This document shows positions 47,370 to 60,599 of a stretch of DNA of 64,000 nucleotides, piece by piece. Both the position numbers and the translations under genes were made by a program. The DNA is taken from NCBI RefSeq assembly GCF_009914755.1, contig NC_060932.1; one strand, given 5' to 3'. The stretch comes from the human T2T-CHM13v2.0 reference genome, Homo sapiens. Positions within the stretch are counted from its first letter, which is position 1; each line of letters begins with the position of its first letter. The notes beneath the pieces are model-generated. The model was given only the letters and a program-made list of their open reading frames with translations. It was not told the origin of the DNA and did not search any database.

Positions 47370-50300
47370 TTTAAGTGAGGTATATTTTATATAAAGTTTA
47401 TAAATCCAAACTATATGATTGGATGGGTTTTGATAAATATATACATTCATGTAACTACTACCCAAAGCAAGAGATTTAATTTAACATTTTCATCACTCCT
47501 GAAAGTTCCCACATATTCATTTCTAGTAAATACCCAACTTTAATGTAGGCAACCAGTGTTCTCATTGTATCATTACAGAACAATTTTTCTCACTGAACTT
47601 AATATAAATGAAATTATACAGTTTGTATGTCTTTGTAACTTTGTTCACTATGCTTCTGAGATTCATTCATGTTGTTGCATATATCAGTAGATTTTTCCTT
47701 TTTATTGTCGAGAAGTATTCTATTGTATGTCTATAGCAAAGTTTATTTATTCATTCACCTCTTGGCTGACAAATAGTTTATTTTTAGTGTTTGGCTATTA
47801 TGAATACATCTGCTATGAAAATTCTTGTACAAATATTTTTTGTGGACATCTGTCTTCTCTCTTATGTGAATATCTAGGAATGAAATTCATCATTTTAATT
47901 CTAGCCATTTTAATGTATATGCAATGGCATTTCATCATGTTTTAAATTTACATTTTCCTGCAAATTAATAATGTTGAACTCCTTTATAAGTATTGATATA
48001 TATTTTTGTCCACTCAAATCTTTTGTTCATTTTAACTGGGTTACTTATCTATCATTATTAGGTGCACAAAATGTTTAGAATTATATTATCTTGAAGAATT
48101 TACATATTTATAATTGCAAAATAATCATCTTATTTCTGGTAATACTCTGTGTTGCAAAGTATTTTTTGTGTGTATCTAATATTAATACAGCCACCCTAGC
48201 AGTCTTCTGATTGATGTTAGCATAGTATATCTTTGTCTATCTCTTTACTTTTAACATATTTTGTCTTCATTTTTAAACTGATTTTTTTCTTTAAGGGGAC
48301 TATAGTTAGGTTTTGCTCATTTATCCACAATCTTTCATTTTGCAGCATTTAGACTGTAAAATGTAATGTGAATTCTAAGACGTTTAGGTTTATATCTATC
48401 GTCTTTGTTGTCTTATTAGCTGGGCCTCTTTTTTGTGTGTGGTTGCTTTGAGGTTTAAAGCATACATCTTTAACTTATCACAAACTAACTTCTAGTGATA
48501 TTATACAACTTCACCTATAGTATAAAAATTGATGATAGTATAATACTTTATACTTCCAGTTCTAACACTATTTTCCCTTCTCTACCTTTGTGCTATTGTT
48601 GTCATACATTTTAACTTTAAATGTTATGTATCTTACACTGTATCATTATTATTTTTGTTTAAACAGCCAACTCCTTTTTAAAGAGACTTAAATAATACAA
48701 AAAAATGTTATGTATTCACTCATGGGGTTAAGATTTCCAGTGCTCTTCATTCCTTTGTGTAGATTGATATTGCCATTAAGTACCATTTTTCTTCTACCTG
48801 AAGGATTTTCTTAAATATTCCTTGTAGTTCAGTCCTGTAGGTGATAAATTATTTTAGCTGCTTCATGTTTAAATGAATCTTTATTTTGCCTTCATTTTGG
48901 AAAGATTTTCGCTGGGTTTAGTATTCTAACTTGACAGAGTATTGGTTTTCTGATTATTATCTTACAGCACTTTAAAGATGTTGCTATATTGTCTACACAT
49001 TTGCATTGGTTTTGAAAAATCTGCTGCTTTACATCTCCTTGTTCTATATGTAATGTGTCTTCCCTCTGGCTGGTTTTAAGATGTTTTTCTTTACTTCCAG
49101 TTGTAAACAATTTAATTCTGATATTTTATGTTATAGTTTTGTTTATGTTTCTTATACTTGGGTATCATTGAGATTCCTGGATCTGAAGGTCTATACTTTT
49201 CATCAAATTTGGAATATTTTTAGCAATTATTTTTTCGACTATTTATCTGTCACCCCCTTTTTCCTCTTCTTTGGAAGCTCCACTTATTTGTAGATTACAT
49301 TGCTCAAAGTCATTCTGCAACTATTGTTATTTTTATTAAAATATGTATTCTCTTTTATTTATGTTCCATACCAAATAGTTTTCATTCTTTTCCTTAAAGT
49401 TTACTGATACTTTATTTTTCCATGTCTATATTATGTTAATTCCATCCAGTATATCTTCTATTCCACATGCAGTAGTTTTTAATGTCAAGAAATTTGATTT
49501 GGGTCCTTTAGATTTTTTCCATATTTCCACTGAATGTTCTAAAAGCTAGAATTATGTTATAATAACTGTTTTAATGTCTTTGCCTGACAAATGTAACATC
49601 TGTTTTATTTCTGGTGTGGCTTCAATTGGTTGGTTTTTCTCCATATTATGGATCATATTTTTGTCTGCTTTGCATGCCTGGTATTTTTTAAAAATTGTAT
49701 GATGACAGACATTGTGAATTTTACTTTGTTGGACACTAGATAGACTTGTTTCCAATAATTCTGCTTTTGCTTTGCTCTGGAATGCAGGTAAGTTACTTGG
49801 AAACAGTTTTATCCCTTGGAGTGTTGTTAAGCTTTATTAGGTGAAACCAAAGCAGATCTAAATCTAGAACTAGTTATTCCCCAATACTAAGGCAAAACCA
49901 TTCTGTATATTTTATTCAGTACTCCATTAATCATTAGATTTTCTAGTCTGACAGGATAAGCACTAATTCTAGCTCAGCATGAGGGCAACATATTCATCTC
50001 TTATCCTTTTGAGTGGCTCTTTCCCAGGCTTCACACACATGAGCTCATCAGTAATCAGCTGATTACTCAAGGGGGAATCTCTGTAGGTTTCTAGAGTTCT
50101 ATCTTTATGCAGCTCTTTCCTTTACAGTTACATCCTGCAAACTCCAGAAACCTATGTCTCCCAAGACAGATACATCTCTTCAACTCAAGAAGTTTGCTAG
50201 GCTCTGTCTTGGTTTTTCTTTCATGTACTTCAGCATGTAAACTTTCTCAAGGAATCAATATGAAGAAATTGTAGATCTCATCTTATATTTTTCCCTTTTT

Positions 50301-51110
50301 AAGAATAATTTTCCTTTATTTACTGATGTCTTGAATATCTTATTCTTATATATGTTGGGGGAGTTTTTGGCTTTTCTCAATCAAGAGAGTAAATCTAATT
50401 CTTGATATCTCATCTTGGACAGTAATATAAGTCTATCTTTTACTATTGATTTGTAGGAGCTATTTATTCTGGATATAATTTCTTTGTCACATATATTTTG
50501 TGAATATATTCTCCCAATCATGACCTACCTGTTCATATTTCTACTAGTGTCTTTTGGTAGGCAGAAGTATTTACTTAAAGTCTAATTTATCACCTTTTAA
50601 TGGTTAGTGTATCTGTGTCCTGTCTAATAAATCTTAATCTACTCTATGGCTGTAATGATACTTCATTATTTTTTCTTTAAAAACATTTTATAGATTTTAC
50701 TAACACATTTGGATCTATTATCCATCTCTAACTCGTTTTAGTAGGATGTAAGATAGAACTCAAGATTTATTTTGCTCCATATGAATATTCAATTATTTCA
50801 GCACTATTGTAAAGGCTTTCCTCTTCCCTATTAAATTGCATTGGCATCTTTATCTTAAGTTTATTGACTATTTATGCATGGATCTAGACTTGTGTCACCA
50901 ACCAAAGTCCCAGAATTACTGTAGCTTTATAGTGAATCTCGAAATCAGATGGTGTAAGTCATCTAGCTTTATTCTTCTCCAAAGTTTTCTTGGCTATTTT
51001 AAGGCCTCTGAGTTTTATATACATTTTTTAGCCATCTTGTCAATTTCTACAACATGTGTGATAAAGTTTTGACTTCATTGCATTGAATCTAGATCAATTT
51101 TGAGTTAACT
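47370..51110 (-). mobile_element. L1ME/MD-type 3' part, interrupted at 48056-50435
   Basis: 3'UTR gaggtatatttt..ttcatcactcctgaaagttccc; breaks after ttaactgggttacttatct and resumes tcttttactattgatttgtaggagc. Confidence 0.78.
48056..50435 (-). mobile_element. 5' half of an old L1M (5'UTR, ORF1, EN) nested in the L1ME
   Basis: EN-like ttaggtgcac..atattaatacagccaccctagc; ORF1 tail RILNPAKIFPK (ORF 48892-49110); 5' terminus catcttggacagtaatataagtc. Confidence 0.7.
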
Positions 51111-51609
51111 GGTAGGTTGTATATGCTTCCGACCCTTGAACTCATCTGTCTCTTACTGAGAGCCATTAGCTCACAAGGAAAAAACATGTTTTGTATCACC
51201 CTTCTGTGCCATAAGTTTACTTGAGAGGTTCCCACAGGAGGGACTCCTCCCATGGAAAGTTGTCTGCTTGTTGTCTGAAGCAAGCTGAACTACAATTTTT
51301 TCTAATAATGCTAGCTTTGTTCAACTTTGGGTTTATATTATGTATGACAATAGAATTGAAATAATGTGAAAAACTTGAATTTGATATTTTGATCATCCTT
51401 ATTCATAAAAATATTTCTTATAAAAGACATCAAGAATGTTGAGGGACTAACATTTATTGAGTCATAAGTCTCACATTAATCCACATTGCAGATTGTTGGG
51501 TATTATTCCCATTAAGCAGAGAGGAAAAATAACATTTGAGAGGCTAAGTAACAAGAGTCCTGAATTAATAATGACACTCTGAAAAAGACATTTCAGCTTC
51601 TTATGTAGT

Positions 51610-51800
51610 GTTTATAACCCTGAAATGGTTTCACAAACAAAATTTTATATAATGCTCAGAAAAATGCCATAAAGAAGTCAGGAAATTATCTCCACTTTAG
51701 AGATGGCAGAACTGAGGCTCAGGGGGCTTAAGTGACTTGTTCATAATCACCAACCCACCACCAAAAGATAGCAATGGGTCTTGTGACTCATAGTGAGGCA
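51610..51800 (-). mobile_element. MIR fragment
   Basis: ccactttagagatggcagaactgaggctcagggggcttaagtgacttg. Confidence 0.75.
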
Positions 51801-53242
51801 ATCTACTATGAGAATATACTCCTGCTTCACAGCACAGGGCTATTTCCAGGCACTGTTATTACTTTTAACATAAGGTTCCTGAGCACTGCCTTATTTTCAG
51901 AAAGCAACGGAAGCTTAGGAAGAATAGAGGTGAGTGTTTCTTTCATAGTTCAAAGGAAAGAATGAACACAGTGTTGATCTACTGCAATTAAAGTAATGAA
52001 TGTTTTAGGATTGGATAGACGGAAATCTGTAACAAGTCATCTGGTTGTTTTGGTGACTGGAAAACATACTCTGAGTAAGCATTTCATTTCAATCACCATA
52101 AAGCAACTGGCTCTATCTTAACTTTCTCTCAAATTCATTGTGTGATATTTTTTCCCACCACTTATTCTATATGAATGGACTAAAGTTAAATATGGTTCTA
52201 ATTATAAATCAAAGATATCAGCTTGTGATAAAATAATAAATAGATTGATCTAGTATGATTGGTTTTCTTGTCAAGTAATCCTTACTTACATAGTCTGAAC
52301 ACATTAAATAGCCCCAGTCACTCACAAAATAATATCATTATTCTGGATAAAATGTAATGAGATTGTGAATGAAAACAGTGTTGATAGTGGTAGAGAGAAG
52401 TGCCACAGTCCCTAATACACACCAGATGTTCAAAGAATGATTGTGGAATGAATAAATGTTCATATTTAATGAACATTCATGTAATTGAATGGTAGGGCAT
52501 TATGAGAAGTGGGATGAGGAAAAAGGATGAATCAAAGATGATTTTCATGTTTCTATCTTGGTAATCACTGAGATGTGAAATTCAGGAATATGAAAAAGAT
52601 TCTAGGAAAGAGCTGATAAGTTTACTTTTTAAATTAATCTATTTGAAAGGTACCTGCATACACAGATGTTGCAGATAAATGAAAGATGAATGGAGCTGGA
52701 GCGTAAGAAAGCTCTCTGGGCTGTATATTTATGCTCTAATATCATCTGTTTACATACAAATGGTAAAAGCCAAAGGGATGAATAAAAGTCATTTATTCAT
52801 TCATAAAATATGTATTAAGACCTAGGCCAATTTCTGGAATAAGAGAACCAGATGTCAAAATTCTTCGGGAAAATCAATGTTTAATAGATAAAAGTAGAAG
52901 GAATTAAGTTTTAAGCATTGATAAACTTAGTCATTCTAAGTCAGAATTTCTACTGTTGAGAGATTTGGGCATCGAATATGGACTCAAGGTGTCTTTTTAA
53001 TACCTTCATACCTGGGCTCTTATAAACTTACAAAGTGTTTTTCATATTTTTATCCTATTATCCAGTTACCCGGAACTATGTAAGTTAGGATTTAGATTTC
53101 TTTAAAACAACACTGCCAGTTACCTGCCCTACATCTGTTCATACTCTCTCTTGGCAGAAGCCTGACTTCGTTGAGGCTGGCAACATTCCTCACTAACTCA
53201 GCCTCAGCCCCCAAGGGTGACTTCTCATGAATCTATGAACGT

Positions 53243-53395
53243 GGTAGTGTCTGGAGACATTTTTGTGATTGTTAAACTGAATAGAGGAGGTGCAACTGGG
53301 ATCTAGTGGGTAGAGGCCAGGGATGCTTCTAAACATCCTGTAAGGCACAAAATAGCCCACAGTAACAAAGAATTATTCAACCCAAAATGTCAATA
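53243..53395 (+). mobile_element. MER20 fragment
   Basis: gtctggagacatttttg..atctagtgggtagaggccagggatgct..cccaaaatgtcaata. Confidence 0.88.
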
Positions 53396-53504
53396 TGCAA
53401 ATACTCCATATGTTCCTGTAGAAAAGCATGAACAAACCTATAATTTAAATCCGAAGGAATCTCTGGCGTCTAAAACTTCACAGGTGGAATGCAAAGTAAG
53501 GGCA

Positions 53505-54020
53505 GGAGACTAAGCCAACTCCAAGATGGCCGCCAATGATCCCCACTTCCTGGTGTTCATGTCTTTGTCTAATTCCTTTTCTGTGTGGGCCTGATCTATT
53601 GACTCGCTTCTAATGAATAGAATATGTTTAAAATGATGTGATGTCACTTTTGAGATTAAGTTACAGAAGACTCCATGTTGGGAGTTGTGCCTCACCCTCT
53701 TAGATCATTTTTCCCTGGGGAAAGCCAGCTGTCATGATGTGAGGTAGCTGTGTGGAGAGAACCACATGGGAAGGAGCTGAGGCCTTCCAACAACCATGTG
53801 AGTAAACTTAGAAGCAGATGTCTCTCTAGTCAGGTCTTCAGATGAGATCACAGCTTTGGTTTACAACTTGACTGCAACCTCTTGAGAGATGCTGAGCCAG
53901 AGGTGCCCAGCAAAGCCACACCCAGATTTCTGATCCATAGAACTGTAAGATGATACAGCATTGTTCTTTGAAGCCTCTGTGTATTGGGGTAATTTGTTAT
54001 GAAACAGCAGATGACTTATA
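53505..54020 (+). mobile_element. MLT1F-like MaLR LTR
   Basis: ccaagatggccgccaatgatccccacttcctggt..gaaagccagctgtcatg..ggggtaatttgttatg. Confidence 0.88.
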
Positions 54021-54359
54021 ATGACAGGGACATCTATAAATCTTGGCACTTGCCAACTAAATTGACTGTTACAGGTCTGTCGCAGCTACCATTATTACTA
54101 ATTCTGTGGCTGGGATTGTACATTCATTAGAAAATCCCAAGGTTATGCTTCATTAGACCCATACCTCATCCTGTACCGACTCCACGTGCTATAAATATTA
54201 TCTTAGATATTAATCAAATGCAAAGTGTGATAGAAAGAAAGTGGCCATTAGATTTAGACAGATCTCAATTCAAATCCCAAACTCTCTGCTTACTACCATG
54301 GTCAAATTGAATAATCCCTTTGCATGTGTGTTTTATCATTAGCAAAGTGCTGATTAGTG

Positions 54360-54760
54360 CTGGAACAAGAAAAGTACAAGATGCAATTGGACCATGAACA
54401 AGAAGCTACTAACTTCTTTAGAGAAAGCATTCTCACAGGTAACTTCAGAGAAAGCATTCCCACAGAAATGATGTTTAAGCAAATTCAAGAAGGATGAGTA
54501 GAGGTTAACTAGGAAAAATTGGAAGGAACAGTGTTCCCAGCACAGGCAATAGCTTACACAAAGGTCCGGCACCTTTCACAGGCTGAAAAATTACATGGTT
54601 TAAGAAAAAAAGTAGCAAAGGATGAGTCTGCAGAGATTGACAGGGTTCAGCTCACATCATAGAAAAATATTAGACTTCTTTATGACAATGATTGAGTCAT
54701 TGAGGACTTTAAACAAGGATAGTGAAATAATTGGATTTTTACTTTGGAAATATCACTCTA
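54360..54760 (-). mobile_element. L2 fragment
   Basis: gtgttcccagcacaggcaatagcttacacaaaggtcc..gaggactttaaacaaggatagtga. Confidence 0.6.
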
Positions 54761-54811
54761 GTAAAAGACAGAGAACTAGACAGTAAGCATTTTGCATCTC
54801 ACGATATATAT

Positions 54812-54952
54812 ACTCTCTGGCACAACTATTAAACTGCTTTTGCAGCAGTGCAAAAGCAAATATAAGCACTATGTAGTGGATGGGCATGGCTGAATTTAAA
54901 TTTACAGAAACAGACAACAGGTAGTGTTTAGGCCTTAGTTTGCCAACCCCTG
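54812..54952 (+). mobile_element. MER58A fragment (hAT-Charlie)
   Basis: caactattaaactg..gggcatggctg..tagtttgccaacccctg terminus. Confidence 0.8.
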
Positions 54953-55052
54953 ATATAAAATACACAAGGGAAAGCCAAACATAGAGAATATAAAATATTT
55001 GGAAAGACATTTAATTAATTACATAATTTACTCATTTAGCAAATCTCTAGGT

Positions 55053-55330
55053 CAGGGATCCCAAACCCCGGGCCATGGACCAGTACTGGTCTGTGGCCTG
55101 TTAGGAACCAGGCTGCCCAGCAGGAGGTGAGCTCAGGCAAATGAGCATTACTGCCTGAGCTCCACCTCCCTGTCTGATCAGCAGTGACATTAGATTTTCA
55201 TAGGAGCGTGAACCCTATCATGAACTGCACACGTGAGGGATCTAGAATGCACACTCCTTATGAGAATCTAACTAATGCCTAGTGATCTGAGTTGGAACAG
55301 TTTCATCTGGAAACTATTCCCTCTCACCCC
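55053..55330 (+). mobile_element. MER1B (hAT-Charlie), 3'-truncated
   Basis: cagggatcccaaaccccgggccatggaccagtactggtctgtggcctgttaggaacc..ccttatgagaatctaa. Confidence 0.92.
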
Positions 55331-55629
55331 GGACTTTTTTTAGATACTCATGACACAGACATGATAAGATAGACACAATTCCTTTTCTGGTGGAGGTTGT
55401 GATACAGTGAATTAGAACATTAAGTGAGGATAGCCTTAACAATAAGCTCTATAAGCTGAAATTTATAGTATATATATAAATTCTAATTGTAATAATTCAA
55501 TTTAATATGATTATTATGAAGCATTTTTTAAAAACTTAAGGTCAAGCACATATTTACTGACAGATTGAATAGAATGACTTAAAGAAATTGCAGAAAGTTC
55601 CGGGCAAGTAAATCTAGTATAGAATTTAA

Positions 55630-55830
55630 AAGACCTGCCAAGAACTATGTAAGGTATTTTCTATGTTTGCTCTCATTTGATATTTATGGTAGCTTTTCAA
55701 GGTTATTGGTCTCATTATTGGTCTCATTTTACGAACATGAAAATCTGGCCTGAAAAAGCTCGATCACTTTCTAGACCCTAGAGAGCTGGGATTTCGACTC
55801 TAAAGTTCGTTCTCTTCCCTGTTCTTCATA
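55630..55830 (-). mobile_element. MIR fragment
   Basis: tctcatttgat..cattttacgaacatgaaaatctggcc..gagctgggatttcga. Confidence 0.6.
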
Positions 55831-56819
55831 TCGCCTGTTTGGGAAAGAACACAAGCAAAGCAGCAGAGAGTTAGAGGCTGAAATTTTATAGCAAGGAACT
55901 TAGCAAAGAGGTTGAGATGAGCCCTTCAGAGTCCCACAGAGAGCTCAGGAGAGGCCTGGGAACTGAAATCAGGAATCCCAATTGCCACTTCCTGCTTCTA
56001 ATCACTTTCCCAAGAGAGTTGTCCCAGCTGTTCCTGAGTGGAAGAAAGACTGAGAGACTCTTTTAAAACCCAAGCCCTTGTAATAAATTTAGACTTCAGG
56101 AGAGGAAAAGAAGAAGAAAAAAGAAATTGTTGGCTTAGGAAAGTAATGTTTCCCTTTCATCAGATCAAGGGCAGTGGACAAGGGAAGAAAAAGTACATTC
56201 AGTCACTTTGACTGCAGGGCTCGAGGCGATGAAGTCTCAGCTTGCCCTGAAAACTCACCCACTCCACTTTGAGGGAATTCGGTCATGCCCAGAAATAACG
56301 TGGCTATACAAGGAATGCTTCTGTTTCTCCCCAATGAGTTGATTATATCCTGTCAGAAGTATCGTAAGGCCATCAAATGTCAAGTCAATTTTCTCAAACA
56401 TATTATTTTCATAACAGCTGGGTTTGACTAACTCTTGAAACAGAGCAACCCATTGTTAGATTTTACTGAGAATGTCAGAGTGAAGCTCAATTAAAAAGGA
56501 AAGAAAGAAATGTTATAGGACACATGATCCTGATTCACACAAGTTTACAATTTAGTATTTAGAGGCCAATTGTATTATGATGATTTGGTCACTTAGTTCA
56601 CAATTAATTCATAATGTCAGAGGAAATAAATGAAGACTGTGTCATTTGCCTACAGGAGCCAATTTCTTAGAAGGCAGGCAGGGCACCTTTTCAGTTATTG
56701 ACTCAACAGCTAAAGAGCTGGAAGGATAAGCCTGGAAGTGTGAGGCGTTGAGTTCTAGTCCTTATCTTTCCAACACATGCTCCTGAATGAACCTGGTTTA
56801 TCACATCCTTGAAAGACAC

Positions 56820-57030
56820 CAGTATAACATTGAGGAGAAAGAAAGGGACTTTAGAATCTGACAACCAGAGCCTCGACTACTTATTTGCTGACTGGTCTTA
56901 AGTGAATTAATGAAATGGGCACACTCATAACTAGGTAAGAGTTATTGAAGAAATTAAATGGAGTGAGATACCTAGCATGTTGGTACAGAGTAAATCTTCA
57001 GTAAATGGTGTGATTAAAAATGATGATGAC
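56820..57030 (+). mobile_element. MIR fragment
   Basis: gggactttagaatctgaca..gttattgaagaaattaaatggag..cttcagtaaatggt. Confidence 0.6.
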
Positions 57031-57350
57031 AATGGTAATAGAAATGAAAATGGAGAAAGATGAGGAATTCAGTAAAACATGTGCCTAAGGCCAAACAGAG
57101 GCTGTGAATGAGAAAGTCATCTAACCTGGAACAGAAGCTAAAAAGCAGCCCTGAATTTACATCTATTAATGTTTGTATAGGACAAGTTTCACAGCACATA
57201 ATATCAAGTGTGATATTATCAGGAAGCTGGATTTCCCTTCAAAAATTAGAGCATGTCTCCTGCCACTCAAACCCAATTCTTATCACCAAATTTTGTTGTT
57301 GATATTCTAATTGGTTTTCATTTATTTTCATTTTTTATATAATTTGGTGG

Positions 57351-57968
57351 TGTGGTAGGTAGAATTTTACAATGACGGCCCCAGATTCCTGGCCCCTGAT
57401 ATATGCATACTTCCCATTTATTCAATCAAACACCAATATAGGTATTTGATTCAACTCTGAAGAGATTTCATGGATGTCAATAAGGTCCCACATCAATTGA
57501 CTGTAAGATAAAGAGCATATGTGGGCCTGACATAAACACATGAGCCCTTTGCAAGCAGAAAGTCTTCTCCAGCAGCAGAAAGGAAAGTCAGAGATTGAAA
57601 ACATGTGAATGGTTCAGCACACCATAGCTTGCTTGAAGATGGAAGGGATGACCATGAGGAATGCAACAGGCCACCAGAAACTGAGAGCTGACAGCCAGCA
57701 AGGAGACAGGGACCTAAGTCCTACAACCACAGGAACTGAATTCTGCCAACAAGAATGAGCTTAAAAGAGGACTTGTTTTTCCTAGATCTTGGAGAAGACA
57801 ATTCAGTCTAGATGATATCTTAATTTCAGCTTTGTGGTACTCTGGACAGAGAACCCAGCCATGTTGAGCTAGACGTCTGATCTTCAGAACTGTGAGATGT
57901 TTAATGGGTATGATTTTAAGACACAAATTTTGTGGTAATTTATCATATAGCAATAGAAAACAAATACA
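57351..57968 (+). mobile_element. MLT1E-like MaLR solo LTR
   Basis: TGTGGTAGG start, gcaatagaaaacaaatACA end; TSD ggtgg/ggtga. Confidence 0.9.
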
Positions 57969-58092
57969 GGTGAGCTGAGTACCTCAAATCTAAAAATTGC
58001 TCTCAGTCTTCTGAATGAGCCTAGTTTATCTATCTAGCTTAGAAAAGGAAATACCGACAATAATAGCCCTAATAACTTTTAAACATGTATAT

Positions 58093-58143
58093 GCACACAC
58101 GCACACACACACGCACACACACACGCACACACACATAGACACA
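58093..58143. repeat. Imperfect (CA)n with CG interruptions
   Basis: Seen directly. Confidence 0.9.
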
Positions 58144-58244
58144 TTCACAGGCTTTATCTCAAAATATAGGATAATTGAGCCAAAAGTATACATTTTACTA
58201 GAAGTAATTCCACAGATGGCCCCAGTTTCCTTCCTATCAGCATG

Positions 58245-59120
58245 CCATTTCTTCAGTAAGTGTTTGCTGAACAACTACTGCATGCTGACCACAAGGATAT
58301 AACCTGATTAATACATAGTTTTTCAAAGAGGTAGTAGACTACGGTGAGTATGTGTTGTGGTAAGGGTTAGGCTATAGAAAGGCCACAACCTAGTCTTAAA
58401 AATCAAGGAAGGCATCCCAGAGAAGTAATTTCTAAGCTGCAATGTGAAGAATTAGCCACTCAAAATGGATATAAAGGAAAGCAAATGTTTCTAGGCAGCA
58501 AGAATATCATTACAGACTACTGGAAGTGATAGAGACCAGAAGCTTCTCGAAGAACCATGCACCGTTCATCATCACTGAACCATGACTCAGGGGAGAAGCA
58601 GATGGGGGAAAAGTTGAACAAGTAAGCAGAGATTAAGTCCTCTCCAGAGTGGAATCATCTAAACAAATATTGAATTCTTCTTAAAGTGAAAGGAAATTCC
58701 AGGAGATTGATAAGGAGAAAAACAATGGTATCAGCTTTGTTTAAACAAAGATTATTTGCTGGAGCTTGGAGAACAGCTTGAGGAGTGATGCTTGTCGCTG
58801 AAGACAATAGGTCATTCCAGTAATTCAAGTGAAGTTGATATAGGTTGGTGGTCTGAAGGTAGCACCAGGTGGATGATGAGAACAAAGATTTGAGAATTGT
58901 AAATTTTATATTTTTTTCATACTTGGTTCAATTTAGAAGGTGAGGTAAAATAGAGCCAAAGTCAACTTTCAGATATCTGACTTGGGAAATGGGACAGATA
59001 GAAATGTCAATAAATGAGAAGAGTTCCCCAGGGAAACAGACCATTTGGTTGGGGGATGGAGGAAGAGGTGGGAGGTGATGGGTTTTATTTTTGTAAATTT
59101 TACACTCTAATTTTGTAGAT
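58245..59120 (-). mobile_element. L2 fragment
   Basis: ttcagtaagtgtttgctgaacaactactg..ggaaggcatcccagagaagt..agatatctgacttggg. Confidence 0.75.
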
Positions 59121-59739
59121 TGTATGCACCAAAAGTATGGATTGCCTAGCAGCATCGCAAATTTCTCAAATTTTTTTCCTCAATTCTTCCTTCAGTTAAT
59201 AGAAATTGGTTAAACTTTACAGAAGCACAGTTGATGAAAAACAGAATATCATTCATATTGCCATCCTAATTAGTCCTCTCTTTTCCCTTCAGATGAATGA
59301 ATGAACAGCACAATTACTGGCTATTTTAAGGGAGGTGAACATGAAAGCACTGAGAGATCACTAAGTCCCAAAAGGTGTTGAACAATGTGCAGGACATGTT
59401 TCCCTGGTTTTAAACCTAATTTTTTTCCTATTTTCAAATAGTTAATAAGAGCACTTGTTACTTATACTGTGAAATTAAAATAGGAAGCTAAAATACAAGC
59501 AGGAGAACCAAGTCTGCCTTTGAAAATAGATGATGTCATTAGAGAAATGCTCATTTGTGTCTGCCCTCTTGAGTCTTGTGAAAACAAAAGCAACACATGA
59601 TGCTCCCAAGGCTTTAGTAAAATAGTGAGCAGGAAGGAGCATCTTCCATTAGAAATTCTCCACTTAGGTTTCATTTTGTGAATCCATTTATTGAGCAAAC
59701 ATTAGTATGTGAAGTAATTAGTAAACAATGACAAGAGGA

Positions 59740-60010
59740 GGCATAACATCATTGGAGATAAGAGCTTGGAGGCTAGAGTGGGCATAAACCTGGATTTGCT
59801 TACAAGTTACAATATTTACTATATTTGTAACCTTGGAAAAATTATGTATGCCTTCTACATATTGGTTTTCTCACCTCTAAAATGGAAGGATTATAGAACT
59901 TATCTCATATGGTTGAGGTCAGTATTCAATGAAATCAGCATGTAAAGAATTTTTCACAGTACTAGCACATTCCCTTGACAAATATTACTTTATTATCATT
60001 TTTATAATTA
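59740..60010 (+). mobile_element. MIR, near full length
   Basis: agagcttggaggctagag..aacctggatttg..gtaaccttggaaaaatta..gcatgtaaag. Confidence 0.8.
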
Positions 60011-60599
60011 CTACTTTTATTAGTTCCTTATATAAAGGGCTCTGACATTGGTTATTATCTTCTCAGGCCAATATATAATTTTATAACACCAATATTAATT
60101 ACATGGAGATTAAACATTTGCAACCAGAAAAATAAGACAGAAAAAAAAATAATGTGAAGCAGCATTTTTCAGCTGGTTACTATATGCCAGGTACATATTC
60201 CAACTGTTTCTCCAACATTCATCTATGCAACAAACCTAAGTATGAAATCAAATTTTAAACAGAACTGAACTTTCTGTCTCACTTCCCATTGAACAACTCC
60301 AATGTGATGAACATCCAAATGTACCAACTTGTGTGCGTATTTATTTATTTACTTGTAATTTTTCCAAGCTATTAAACTCATCAACCATGTCATCTTTGAG
60401 TCTCCAACACCTGACTTAGAGTCTGCTTCTATCATGCCCAGCACGTGTGTTACATCATTATATTAATACACGTATTTGAACCATAACAATCCTAGACATT
60501 TAATAGAGCCTCAAATCAACACATTTAATCTTAGACATTTTTTAAAATTTATATAAAACAGTGACATCAAAATAGTCTTCAAGCTCTAACCAATGACTG

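Noticed and set aside
55702-55730. Small tandem duplications (ttattggtctca x2; also about 21290, 31777 and 54420)
   Set aside because: Ordinary slippage products with no evident motif consequence.
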